From Paecilomyces variotii (lineage: Eukaryota), in NCBI GenBank assembly GCA_004022145.1, contig RCNU01000002.1: a stretch of DNA of 64,000 nt. The stretch is one strand, 5' to 3'. Shown here one piece after another: positions 25,168 to 37,570 of this stretch. The translations under genes were made by a program, and so were the position numbers. Within the stretch, counting starts at the first letter, position 1; each line of letters starts with the position of its first letter. The notes below the pieces were generated by a model. It was given only the letters and a program-made list of their open reading frames with translations, was not told the origin of the DNA and did not search any database.

Positions 25168-26755
25168 TTACACCTGGTCCTCGGGGTCCTCCGCCTCACT
25201 GCCCAGTTCATCCATCAGATCTCCACCCTCGCCATCCTCCTCTCCGTTTTCTTCGTCGCCTTCGCCTTCCTCATCATCGTCCTCTTCGCTGCTCGAGCCG
25301 CTACCGTCACTATCACCTTCGCTGCCGGGGTCGTAGTCTTCCTCTTCTTCGTCTTCTTGATCCTCGAGCTCGCGTTGTGCCTTCTGCAGCTCGCTTTCTT
25401 CTTCCTCCTCTCCTGCGCCATTTGCGACAGCAGCCTCCTCGTTCTTGGGCGCGTTGACATTGTATTTCTTCGCACGTCGGGCCTCCGCGAGACTGGCATC
25501 CTGTAGACCGTGCTTCTTGATGTATGTGTCGATTCCAGAAAAGTCTGCCTGATCGATCATCGAGAGTTCGAATTCCTGGGGCTCCGCCTCAGGGTTAGAT
25601 GCGGAGCGGGTTGCAATGTTGAGGTTGAAGGTCCTCTGTAGGACGGAGGTGTAAGAAATCGATTCAATGTCCTCGAAGGCGAAGAAGACCAGGGGCTTTT
25701 TGAATCCGAAGAAGATGCCAGTGGACAGAAAAAATAGATAACCTGTATTTGAAAGTCGATATTAGACACGTTTACCATTCCAGATATCGAGATGGTCAAG
25801 CTGTATATATACCTTCTTTGCTTCCTCGGAATGCCTTTACGTGATATGCCTTATCGGTCTTTCGATGCGCCTCAACCATCGCACTCACGAACTGCTTGTC
25901 ATCCGGGCGCACGACCTGGGTATGCGTGAGGCTTTCGTTCAACATCCGCCGCAGGAGGTTTTCGCCAGTCTCACCCTCCGCGCCCAGCTGCTGTCCAGCT
26001 CCGGAAAATGCTGCCTTGGGAGGGCCATCGGCGACTGTCCAGACCATAGCTTCCGGCGCAGCTTCACCGTCCGGCGGAGGATTAACGACATCACCATACC
26101 AAGGTATCACACAAAAGTTGAACTGCCGCTGATTCTTTTCCGGTACAGGAACTGCGACAACATGTCCTTATAGGTAGAAACACATCACGTTAGGGCTGTA
26201 GTCTTATAATACCGAGTGGCCGCAAATATCACAACTACCATGCACTCACTAATTTTCGATACGTGAAATCCAAACTCGACCTGTTTGGACGTCTGATTCC
26301 TCGCGCGGAGGTAGCCGCCAGCGGTCATCTCCAGCGTGAGTTTCTTCCGCATAGGAACCGAGAAAGACACATCTTGGATGTAAAATTTCAGCGGCGCATC
26401 TTCCGTCAGACCGGCCAACGGCTCTGAGCTCGCTTCAGCGTCTCCATTCTGTAGTTTTCGTTTCTTCGGAGCTGGTTCTTCGTTCGCAACTACCACGGTG
26501 CGTGACGCGTTCGCATTGTCCGATCGCACGTTGTTCAAGGTGTATTTTGCGATATCCTCAAAGAGAGGGGCATGCTGGGGAGTAGACTCTGTAGAAATAC
26601 AGAAAAAAAAGCTGTTAGCAGGTTACTTTTACCGTTTGTTACGGGGTCCGGGGAAATCTCGTACTGATCGCATCGTAAACTCGCTTCCGGAGCGAGGAAT
26701 CGTTCGCGAACGCCTGGTCAATGGTCGCAGAATAATTCACGGCGGCAAAAGACAT
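25168..26755 (-). CDS. RTT106: Histone chaperone Rtt106 (double PH domain, acidic tail), about 4 exons
   Basis: [68 protein letters not shown], and a long D/E-rich C-terminus. Confidence 0.92.
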
Positions 26756-27109
26756 CTTAGACAGAAGACCGCGCCGTCGATTGCAAGTCTGAGATGGTAA
26801 GAAGGGGGGATGGGAATGGGTGAAAAACTGTGGGGGATTTACTCTTCCCCTGGCTGCCGACCATGTGCTTGTCAGAAACGGGTCGTCATAAAGAACTTCA
26901 AGCAAGGAATCTGCCGAATGGCCATTATCGGGACAGTCTAGGACTGCAACAATAGCTGCTGATTTTCACTTCAACAAAGTTGTCTCGTAACAGGAGAGCT
27001 CTATTTCTAGTAACAATAACCGATTCCTATTCTACATAACTATGGTGTACAGGCTATTTCAATCAACGGGACAGCCCCGACATAAATAAAAAGAAGATTG
27101 GAGATGTAT

Positions 27110-28240
27110 TCAAGCGGAAGCCGACTTCTTCTTCTCCGCGTTTTGTCTCATGAATCGCTCGATGAAGTTAGTTGTTTCATCGTCCATAATGGCATTACCA
27201 TCTTCATCAAACTTGGCCTTCCTCCGCTCCGCCTTCTTCTCCTGTGTTCTGGCGTGGAGCTCGCCGAGCGGTGTCAGGAGGGACCTGCTCTCCAGATACT
27301 GCCTCTTGAGATCTTCCATCTTCTTTGCCTCCACCCACTCAGGATCGTGTCGTGTTCGGTATTTAGAGTATTTGTTCCTCAGTTCGTCAAGTATGCTGGG
27401 CTCGTACGGCGGGTACATCAGCGACGGCATCCAGGTTGGCGTCTCAACCTCCATTCTCAGCGTGTCCCATGGTTCGTCCTTGAGCGGCATTGCTTCTTCT
27501 TTAGGCCAGGGGATTTCAATGTTTTCTCCGGCAATGTATCTGGTATGTTTGGGAGTCGTGGAGCCATAGTCTCGTTCCAGGATAGGCTCTCCGCCGTAAA
27601 CATGCTCGACCAGGACATCTCGTGCATTTCCGGTCAAAGGGTCATCGAGAGGGACAACAAGACGCACATCGTCCAGAGGGATAGGCAGGCTCAGAGCGTT
27701 GTAGCCTTTTGAGTTACCGTAGGACTCACTCAACCAGTCGGGGAAGTGAACATCGACCTGCAAAGGAAGCATGTTAGAAATGTAAGATTCGACTTAGTAC
27801 TTTTCCTTCGTGGCCAAGCGCACCATGTTGACATCCTTCACCGTCACAGTTTCCGTTTCCGGATCGACCCTGGTGACCTCCCCAATCTTGCCCTTGTCCC
27901 GTCCTCTGATAACGCAGACACGGTCACCGGCAGCGAAGTTGATATATTTCCGTCGGAGGTGTTTCGGGACCTTAGGTGGCTGCATGGCATAGGGCACCAT
28001 AGCACCATAGAATCTGGCTTCAGGTCCAGAATCTCTCTTTGGCGCCAATGGGCCTTTTAGCCAGTCTTCACGACGTGCTGACCTTTCGTTGCGGATAGCA
28101 TCGAGTTGTATCCGGTTGTATGAGAACCGCTCCCTCAGAGCCTCCTTCCATTCTTCCCGCTGCTCCTTCTTGGCGGCAATGTTGGCCTTCCTCTGAGCCT
28201 GGTTTCTGGCCAGCGCCGTTCTCCGGATGATCTTCTGCAT
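27110..28240 (-). CDS. MRPL40: Mitochondrial large ribosomal subunit protein uL24m (KOW domain), 2 exons
   Basis: REDWLKGPLAPKRD, KOW motif GDRVCVIRGRDKGKIGEV, RYIAGENIEIPWP, ILDELRNKYSKYR. Intron at about 27823-27758. Confidence 0.88.
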
Positions 28241-29969
28241 CGTGAAGTGTGGGAGGCGGACAATGGCGATGCACGGAGTCGACAGCTTCCGGAGCGCAGA
28301 AAGTCGCGCAGCGGGAAAATTGAAGCCGCATACGAGTCACGTGATACAATATACGCTCCCCGTTCGGACATCAGGGGAATTCAGGGCAGCACACAAATGG
28401 GCTATAACTAGAGCAGCACCTATTTATTATAATTGCAGCATTCTGAGGAGGATTCTTGCTCGTCCAAATATACTATTTCCTTTATCGCTGAAATCAGGCA
28501 GGTGCAAGACCAGTAGGACCATTCGAGTCCTCCTTAAACCGTTAAGCGGACCAGGAAAACGATTTGACTACGCCGTATTTGCAGGGTCAGAAGAGAAAGA
28601 AAAGCCATAGCGGAGCCACATATAGTCAAAGCGGTGTCCCAAGAGCAATTTGCTTCAGTGGATTAAGATGGACATATGGTTCAAGTGCAACTAGGAAGTC
28701 AATAGATGATAGATGGTCAGCATATTTCCAGCTCGTGTGGTTCCGAAGATGAATGCCGGGTCAATGCCCCGGTTTCCCCAACGTCACTACTGGAATAACG
28801 TCAGTATGTACGGAGTAGTGAGACCATGACCAGGCCGCTCACAGCTACCGAACGTACACCCCTGATGTTGCAAGATAATAGAGAAAAACTCAAAAGATCA
28901 CGGCTCACCGTGCCTCATAGCGTGCGCCAACAACCTTTCACGGCGGGTCTTGTACGGATCCATGTGTGGCTGTGCGATGAATGTGCCTTGCTCCACCCGT
29001 CAGTCGATGTCGAGGATATTGATAGTATACGACTGGGATAAAATAGGGGCTTGATAAACGGGGGAGCATGGTGAATATTGATTGTCTTAGATGACGTTTC
29101 CTGGGTTAGTTGACAACGACCTCGAGTTTTGAAGCTTGTTGTTGACACACCGCCACCGCTGCTCGTGCCATGTTCAGTGTCAGATGGAGGTATGATATTT
29201 TGTAGTCGAGTCGACCCGTCCTATACAAAAACATCATTGCGGATCGACAGTGACAACGCCAGGGCACGATAGGGCTGCTAAAGATATCGTTTTGTGAGTC
29301 TCTTTTGGGAATCTGGAGAGTCGATCCATGATGAAGGCCTGCTTACTCCGTACTGCGTACGTTGTACGGAGCAGTACTGTATACACTAGGCGCGCCGTAA
29401 TACTTAGTGCTGATACCGTCTCCGTGAACTGGTGAGGATAACGTCGGCGGACTTAACAGACCGCCGTCTGCGCTCTTCCCTATGCCGAAGTCACCGTTAC
29501 TAGGCCCACGACTAGCTGTCAACTGGATCTCAAAAGAAGTGATGGGATAGGGCCATTATTGTTGAGTCTTGACTGTAAGCCCCAGTATTAACTATATCGC
29601 TGCAATATTTTGGACTGTGATAGATTTAGCCTGTCCCGGGTCAATAATAATAATACCGCTCATGCTTTTGCACCTGAAACATCGCGAGCCTGTTAAAAGG
29701 GGAGCACAGACTCGTTATTATTATTGCAGCGTGTAACTAACCAACTAGGTTGTAAGCTTTGTCCCCCGAGGGTAATCTCCACGCCCACACGCGGCCCGAC
29801 TTCTGGGATGGTGATAGATGAAAGAAACTGTTTCGTTTTCTTAGCAGTTCGCGACAACGAACTGCTGAAGCTTACTCTGCAGAGCTAGCACCCAGGCAAC
29901 TGCCATGTACTGCTTTGTTGTCGCAATACCTAATGCGGTAGACAGATCTCGCCCGTTTGGCGCCTCCTG

Positions 29970-30016
<47 letters not shown>
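29970..30016. repeat. Poly(dA:dT) tract, 47 nt, upstream of rhoA
   Basis: Uninterrupted A run counted from the sequence. Confidence 0.95.
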
Positions 30017-30020
<4 letters not shown>

Positions 30021-30681
30021 CAAGCGTCTCCCAATGGCGAAAAAGCGTAATTTCGGGATGGTACCAGAATACTCGGTGCCAGACAGATGAATTCGCCATC
30101 TCTCGGTTTTCTGACAGGAGTCAGCTCCTCCAGCCACGTAGAAAGATACCACACAAGCCACATACCGGGAACCGTGCCTCTTGGGATCTGCCTGCTGGAG
30201 CTGCGTGTCGCTTGCCGGCCACCGACCGTCTCAACTCCCGCCTTAGCCCCAGTGGACGACTCACCTGGGCCTTCTGGGGGGACACGAGCCCTAGTCCAAC
30301 GCAGATAACCTCTGCCTGCTTCCGCTAGTTGTCTCCCATACAACCCCATCCTCTCTCTCCATCAAATTCGCCTTTGCACCTCCTCTTTCATCGTCATTCC
30401 TCTCCTTTCAGCTTGCTGAACCTCCTTCCATCCTCTTCCGGATCCTTCATCACAGCATTCACCGCCGCCGTTGCGCTCGCTGCCTAAACCGTACGTGCTT
30501 CCCTTTTCCCTGGGTCCCTGACTTGTCCCTTTCAGTCCAGCCGTGTCCTTTCCCCCAACACGTCAACAACAGCACCATCCGGCCATCAAAGAGCTTTCTG
30601 CATCTCAGCAGCGGCTATCTAACTCTCTCACAATCAATATCTGGTCCGTTTACTGACAGCAGCTTCTTTTCTTCTGTCCAG

Positions 30682-31600
30682 ATGGCTGAGATCCGCCGCA
30701 AGCTTGTCATCGTGGGTGACGGTGCCTGCGGTAAGACTTGTCTTCTCATGTGAGTATCCATTTTGGCAGCATCCCGTCTTCAACAGCTCTCAGTTAGAGC
30801 CTGAGAAGAAGAAACCTATGTGCAGTGAACTGATGTCTTGTGTCCGGCAGCGTCTTCTCCAAGGGTACCTTCCCTGAGGTTAGTCCCCTTTCCGGCCCCT
30901 CCTGATCCTGATAACAGTCTCTGCTCGAGATGATGAACATCAAGGTAGCATTGTAGCCCCACGCTGACTCGACCGATAACCGCAGGTGTACGTCCCCACT
31001 GTCTTCGAGAACTACGTCGCCGATGTCGAGGTCGACGGAAAGCACGTCGAGCTTGCTCTTTGGGATACCGCTGGTCAGGAGGACTATGACCGTCTCCGTC
31101 CTCTCTCCTACCCTGACTCCCATGTCATCCTGATCTGCTTCGCTGTCGACTCTCCCGACTCCCTTGATAACGTTCAGGAGAAGGTGGGTGATTACTGCTT
31201 CACTTGGGTCTCGGCCAGGACTGACTCTTCTTCTCAACTTGCAGTGGATCTCCGAGGTTCTTCACTTCTGCCAGGGCCTTCCCATCATCCTTGTTGGCTG
31301 CAAGAAGGATCTCCGTCACGACCCTAAGACCATCGAGGAGCTGCACAAGACCTCTCAGAAGCCGGTTACCCCCGAGCAGGTATGTGATGAATCAAATCTC
31401 CTTTTCGTCTCGCATGCACAGGTCGCGTGGCTAACTCCGATTTCCAGGGTGAGGAAGTCCGCAAGAAGATCGGAGCATACAAGTACCTCGAGTGCTCTGC
31501 CCGTACCAACGACGGTGTTCGCGAGGTCTTCGAGGCCGCCACCCGCGCTGCGCTGCTCACTAAGGCTCACAAGAAGAAGTCTAAGTGCAGCATCCTGTAA
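30682..31600 (+). CDS. rhoA: Rho1/RhoA small GTPase, 5 coding exons including a 28-nt exon (30851-30878); probable 5'UTR intron ending just before the ATG
   Basis: [63 protein letters not shown], and CAAX box KKKSKCSIL*. Confidence 0.98.
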
Positions 31601-33171
31601 TCTAGTCGTTTCCTTTTCAAGGACTGCTCAGATGGTCATCCTCAACGGATAAGCGTCCAAGCGGTTGATTACGTTCTCAGATGTCTCGCTCCGTTTTCAT
31701 GTTCCCCTAATCGGCCTCGGTGTGGTGTGGATAGTTGAATCACGGGCGCACGTGCTTCATGGGATGATCTGGGTATGCAACTGGTCGATTTTTCTTTTCT
31801 TTTCAGAATTTGTCTAGGGAGGCGTTGTCTTCATGACCTATCGGTTTCAGGCCTCGATAGTGCCTAGCGGGTGTTTCAATCGCATGGCAATGTCGTTTTC
31901 GCAGAGTTCATCACTACCGGAGTAGTGCAGATTGACGAGCAGCAATCGATATTGGCCTTTCTTGCGTGTGCCCCGATTAAGCATCCATGGGGAGCTGACG
32001 AAGGAAGTCTTGAGATCTCTGTCAGATTGTATCAAGATTCCTCTTGTCTCGACTGCAGTTTGTCTAACGGAGGTCTCTTTCACCCAAGAGTGCCATGGAA
32101 TTGGACTGCGGTACCTGCATCTCCCCACATAGGACAGTCTGTTTCCTTTCTACTCATCTTCGTTGCCCTGTGGTTCGTCAAGACATTAACGCGCGGATAA
32201 AAAGAGTCTCCTAATACACCCAGAAACTGTTTGCTTTGCAATATTTACCTTGCGTCGTTCCTGTCTTCAAGCCCCCTTATTCCCCCCCTAAGCTTTCCTT
32301 TTGTATCTCCTTTATGCTTTCCCACCAGAAAGAGCCTCTTGTGTGTTCCCATACCAAGCATATGACCCTGTGTGGTAGTTTCAAATGTGATCAAGAATGC
32401 ACAAGCAAAGACAACTAGTCGATCTCCCTAATTAGGTAATACAGCTGTTCTGCTTTGACAATACTTTGATAGTGCTGCGCTTAAACATTAGCTATCTCTC
32501 TCCATAACGCGTTGCTGTCTTAATATAGTCGCACTCACAGTTTGTATAACAGTGCACGGATGGCTATTCGAAAATAATAATAAAACAGTACATCTAGATG
32601 ATTTAAATACCTGGGAAACCCCACAGGAACCTCCCGTTAGATGAAAGGCATCAGTTGTTAGATGATCTCTGTGATTTGTGCGCGTCTTGGGAAGAAGCGA
32701 GGTTAATGTTGACTGAACTGAGTGAGCCTCCTTAGCGCGTCTCCCTGAGCCTGTCCTCTTTGGCGAGGCCATATTAACTTCTTCTTTGGGGTTTTGCCTT
32801 GTATTACCGCTTTTACTGTCAGAGGCTGTTATTGTTAGGAAGGCCTGATGACGTTACTGTTCTGGTTTATATTGTATGAAAGATGATGTATCTTTCTACT
32901 TCTTCTACGTGGGATTCCGAGTTGAGGAGATGCAAGAAAACGCTGCTACTGATGATGTTTTGGGAGATCATGGATAATTGTGTATGTCTCTCATTGGGAG
33001 GTTTTGATGGCTGGTTGTATGCTTGAGCTATAGTTAGGTAAATTGCAGTACTCTACTGGATCTCCAAAGCGGTGGAAGGATTGTCTCATAATGTGTCTTG
33101 TATGTACGCATGTATCTAGTTCATTGGGCATACCGCCGCATAAGTATATACATGGATTGAATAAATACTCA

Positions 33172-35845
33172 TCATCTGTTCAAGCTCAACAGGCTCTCTA
33201 TATACCTCCTCGGATCCAACCCGACACCCTCAGCGAGCTTCCCTGAGGTCATGGAGCTGAGACCACTTGGACTGAGTGAGGACGCACCGCTGAGATCTCT
33301 GAAGAATCTCGATCCACTACTTGCGCGCGAATGCCCAGCAGTGGTGGCATAGTCACTTGCTTTTCGGATCAAGAATGCTGATTTGAAAGACTCGCTCTCC
33401 GCTGCACCCTGCTCTGGTACGGTCCCTTTCCCAGAATGAGGGATTCGCACCCAGGTGACCCACCAGCTGCGGTTCGTCTTGCATGTCCTCTCCATATCCA
33501 GCGGCCGTAACAGTGTCTCGCTGTATGTTGCAAGAATTCGCTGGTGTACGTTGAGGGCTTCAAGCCTGGACCATGGCCGCATGTCGGACGGGCCTTCCGC
33601 GACAAAAACGCCCGGGTCTGGTATATTTGGAATAGAAGAACGTATCGTTCGATTCGAAGGGTCATATACAAGGTCGTAGATCGGCTGTTTCGGAGCACTG
33701 GGCCTCCTGCTGCTAGCAGCAGCAGCGCCATTAGTAGATATTCTCTGAGATACGTTCTCCGGTGAAGTTGACGATAGGAGCGGCTTTTGGAGGGGCCCAA
33801 GCTGATGGTGTATGCTTCGGTAAAATGTTGGATAGGCTAATGTTGGAGTTCGTAGCTCGAAGAGAAACGTAAACATAAATGGACGATGCTGGATACCATA
33901 CCGTCAGAAAAAGTTTTGACTGATGATGGCGAGGAAATAGGAAAGAAGAAGAACATACCACGTAGACAACTACTTGTAATTTCTTAGAGACCTCTTCTGA
34001 GGAAATGTCTGTAGTCCGGTCAGTTATTATGTATGAGCGGAAGGTCGGGGTTTTGCATACCTTGTGTATCTTTATCTCCGCTAGCCGTGGTCATCCGTAC
34101 ATGTAGAGTCCTTAGCATCGTCCTGCTGTTTTTGGGGACCTTCTCTTCGGTATTTTGTTGTGCGTTACCGTCTTTGATATCCTCGTCATCGCTGTCTTCG
34201 TCCTCGAGATCATCGCGGAGGCCAATGATGAATTTGCCTACGGCATCGTCCGCCGGACTCCGTCTTTTCTCTTCCCGAGACAACCTGTCCGATGGAGTTG
34301 CAGGACGAGTGGCAGACGAGTTCAGACTCTGACCAGCCTCACTGCCCGACCCGTCTGATTGACGTAAAATAGACAAGCGAGGGTGTGAAGGGAGAGATAA
34401 AGAAGGAAATCCCCACGAGGAACCGTAGCCTAATGTGAGATATTTCACAACAGTATCGGTACCAAATCCAGACGAGTCATCAGGTGTTTCGGTCCCAGTG
34501 CTTCTGGTCCTGCTAGCATCCCTAGAAGCCTCGTTCGTAGAAGCATTTTCAATAGGCTGCGGCGGCAGTGCGACGAGTGGAGGCGGTATTCCGGGGGAGA
34601 GATCCCGTGTTGGTGTTCCACCATGTGAAGCATTGCGGTGCACTTTCATCTGAGTGCCAGAAGCCCCACTGGGATCTCTGATATGCCGACTAAGTTGTCG
34701 CCTGCGTCGCTTTCGGCGTCGAAGAGAGCTCGGGTTTTCGTTGACTCCATATGCAGCTTCTCCGTACCTGTAAATCCATTCCATCCACTGCGAAACTTGA
34801 ATCAAGGATTCCCTTGAAATTGCTCCAACACCGGAGAAGATAACTCCGTCAGAAGGGCGTGGGCATGTATCTGACCCAAGCCAGGGGTATTTGTTAGACG
34901 GTACGTCTGAAGAACCATTTTTCTTCTTCGGCGAGTCAGACCCGTCAGTTGGAGGTACCGCATCACCGAATCTCGAGACGACCAGATCGAGAAGCCCATC
35001 AGTTCTGTAGACAAAGTCTTCCAGTACCTCTCTTTCCCCGCTTCCCCATTCTTCTTCCCCGACGCCGATACCAAGCTCCCCGCCAGCGGCAAGTTTTATA
35101 CCGTTATAGATTTCCGCAGCCGGGTTACCATTTAGAAGGATATCCCATGTCCATGCGAAGCGGGTCCAAAATCGGTCAAGAAACCTGCAGGCTGTTTCCC
35201 TTCCCACTCGGTTATAAAGCTCGTCCAGTGAGGTACCGTGGTGAAGTAAGAAGATCGAGTGTGCGCGTCGGAGTTGCTGTACCAAAAGGTGAGGAGGGCT
35301 AACCTCCCTTGAGGAGTAGTCGAACCGAGAGTCATTGGGAGTAGAAGAAGATCCGTTATTAGAATTCGAGGGAAGACGAGTCAGGTCAACTGACTGTTCA
35401 ATCGATTAGCTCTAACCGAATGTTGCAAGTATACAAGAACACACAGCCAGTATCCACCAGTTCTTCTCCAATTCGTGGAGTACAATACGGGACCTCTCAG
35501 TTTCAACCGAATCCAGCGCCTCTCCGGTGGAAAAGTTTCTGGGCCACAAGTTAGTATACTTATGCTCGACTTGCATCTCAATCGGCAGAAGTAGGCTCAC
35601 CTAGCAAAGCTCACCATCCCCTGCGCCAACCCTATCTGGCGCAGCTTCACATCCCGGTCATCTTTCCTGGCTGAAGAAGCGGCATCAGCAGAATCGCTAA
35701 AAGCGTCGGACTCTGCAGCTGCTTTGGAGAAGTAGAAGACGATCTGATCCGCTAATGTCTCCTCCGACGTCCCGAGGAGGGGGTTGTAGATCGCGAGGAA
35801 CGAGAGTTGCGCGGGGATCACAGATCCTGGCTCGGCTTCAGGCAT
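33172..35845 (-). CDS. CCZ1: Vacuolar fusion protein Ccz1 (Mon1-Ccz1 Ypt7 GEF subunit), multi-exon
   Basis: PAQLSFLAIYNPLLG...DQIVFY, KLRQIGLAQGMVSFAR, LHELEKNWWILA, GGELGIGVGEEEWGSGEREVLE, ERTCKTNRSWWVTW, GVGLDPRRYIESLLSLNR. Confidence 0.9.
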
Positions 35846-36046
35846 CGCATAATCGATCTGTGCCTCTATCCGCCAGTAGAGAGGCACTGGAAATAGTGAG
35901 AAGATACAACCGTTGGATTCATGATCGCTGGTTTCGGTACTTTGAGGTCATAACATCACGTGTCTTATCGATACCAGTAAAGTTACAAGCTCCCGGAGCT
36001 TGAAGAGAGCTCGAAACTCCGGCGACAGCAGTCAAAGTTCGAAGAA

Positions 36047-37416
36047 ATGCTGTTAAATCGGAGTTCACGCGTTCTATTGTCGCGCAAACTACTCTTGATC
36101 CGACCGCTGTTTACATCGAGATGTCTTTCGAGCAGTTCCCATGAGCCTTTACGCATCTTGTTCTGCGGATCGGACGAGTTTAGCATTGCTTCTCTGAAAG
36201 CTCTCCATGAAGAACATAAGAAGGAACCTAGCCGCATTGCGTCGATCGATGTCGTCTGCAGGCCAGGAAAACGAGTAGGCAGGGGCCTCAAGAAGATACG
36301 AGAAGGTAATTTAATTCAATCGCGCTGGCCAACTACAATTTCGTAGACTAATTAATATGTGACCCATAGTCCCTATCAAAGCCGCAGCGACACAGCTTGC
36401 CCTTCCGATACACGAGATAGATACTTTTACCGGATGGACAGTAAGAGTTTGCATGGACTTTTGAATATTCTCTGGCCATCTGACAATCAATTGCAGCCGC
36501 CCCAAAACGAAGGCTTTCCTATAAATCTGGTAGTGGCAGTATCATTTGGACTCTTTGTTCCTCCTCGAATACTCAAAGGGGCTAAGTACGGGGGTCTAAA
36601 TGTCCATCCATCCTTGTTGCCAGAGTATGTACTGCCTACAAAGCTGAAGAAACCAACTGACCTTAGAAACTTAGTTTTCGCGGCCCTGCGCCGTTGCACC
36701 ATACTCTCCTAGCAGGCAGGACGAGGACTGGCGTTACTCTCCAGACCTTGCACCATGAGCATTTCGATCACGGCATAATCCTCAGTCAGACCCCCCCTCC
36801 CGGATTCGAGATACCAAATCCAGAAACTTGTACCGTTCCGGAATTGCTGCAAGTTGTGGCCCCGGAGGGTGCACGAATTCTAATTGAGGGCATGCGAAAT
36901 CGGCTCTTTGTACCTCCCCTAAAAGAAGCAGGATGGCGTGCGACGGAGGCGGGAAGCAAATTGATCCATGCGGCTAAGATCAAACCGGAGGACCGACATG
37001 TCGACTGGGCGAATTGGACATGGACAGATATCAGCAGACGGAATCGGATCTTGGGACCTCTTTGGAGTAAATCCCTAGTTGCAAGCGAGGATCCAGATGG
37101 AAGAATCTCGTTCGGTGAGAAGAGAATCATTTTCACCAAATTTGAAGAAGTACAGGCGAACCGAGACCTCGGGCAGCTAGCTCTTATTCCAGGAGTCCCT
37201 TTCGTCGATGGGGTTCCGCCCTTGCAGCCCCAAGAGAAGAAGGAGCTCTATGTGTTCACAAAAGATGGAAGACTGATACGGATCCATGAGATGAAGGTCG
37301 AAGGAGAACAGGCCGCTGACGCGTTCAGAGCTGCTCTCAAGGCTCGAATGTTCAGCAATAAAAGTTTCCAGTTGGGTGCTTCACATTACACGCTCTTCCA
37401 CAATCCACTTCACTGA
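36047..37416 (+). CDS. FMT1: Mitochondrial methionyl-tRNA formyltransferase, 4 exons
   Basis: Presequence-like N-terminus, LRILFCGSDEFS, VAVSFGLFVP, LNVHPSLLP|xFRGPAPLHH, TGVTLQTLHHEHFDHG. Confidence 0.93.
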
Positions 37417-37570
37417 AGTACTGTCGAATGCTCATGAAACGGATTTGTTCATGTTATCTCAACTCTATGATACCCCTATTTTGCTATAGAAATGATCTGT
37501 CTTTGTATGATATAGTGATATAATGGCGCATGCCTCCCGCATTGCCTGTATATGGCCCATTGCAATTGCC

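Noticed and set aside
29841..30349. ORFs with poly-Phe or poly-Lys runs
   Set aside because: Artefacts of the 47-nt poly(A) tract.
32480..33000. Possible gene remnant between rhoA and CCZ1
   Set aside because: Short frames only, with no recognisable motif or consistent splice pattern.
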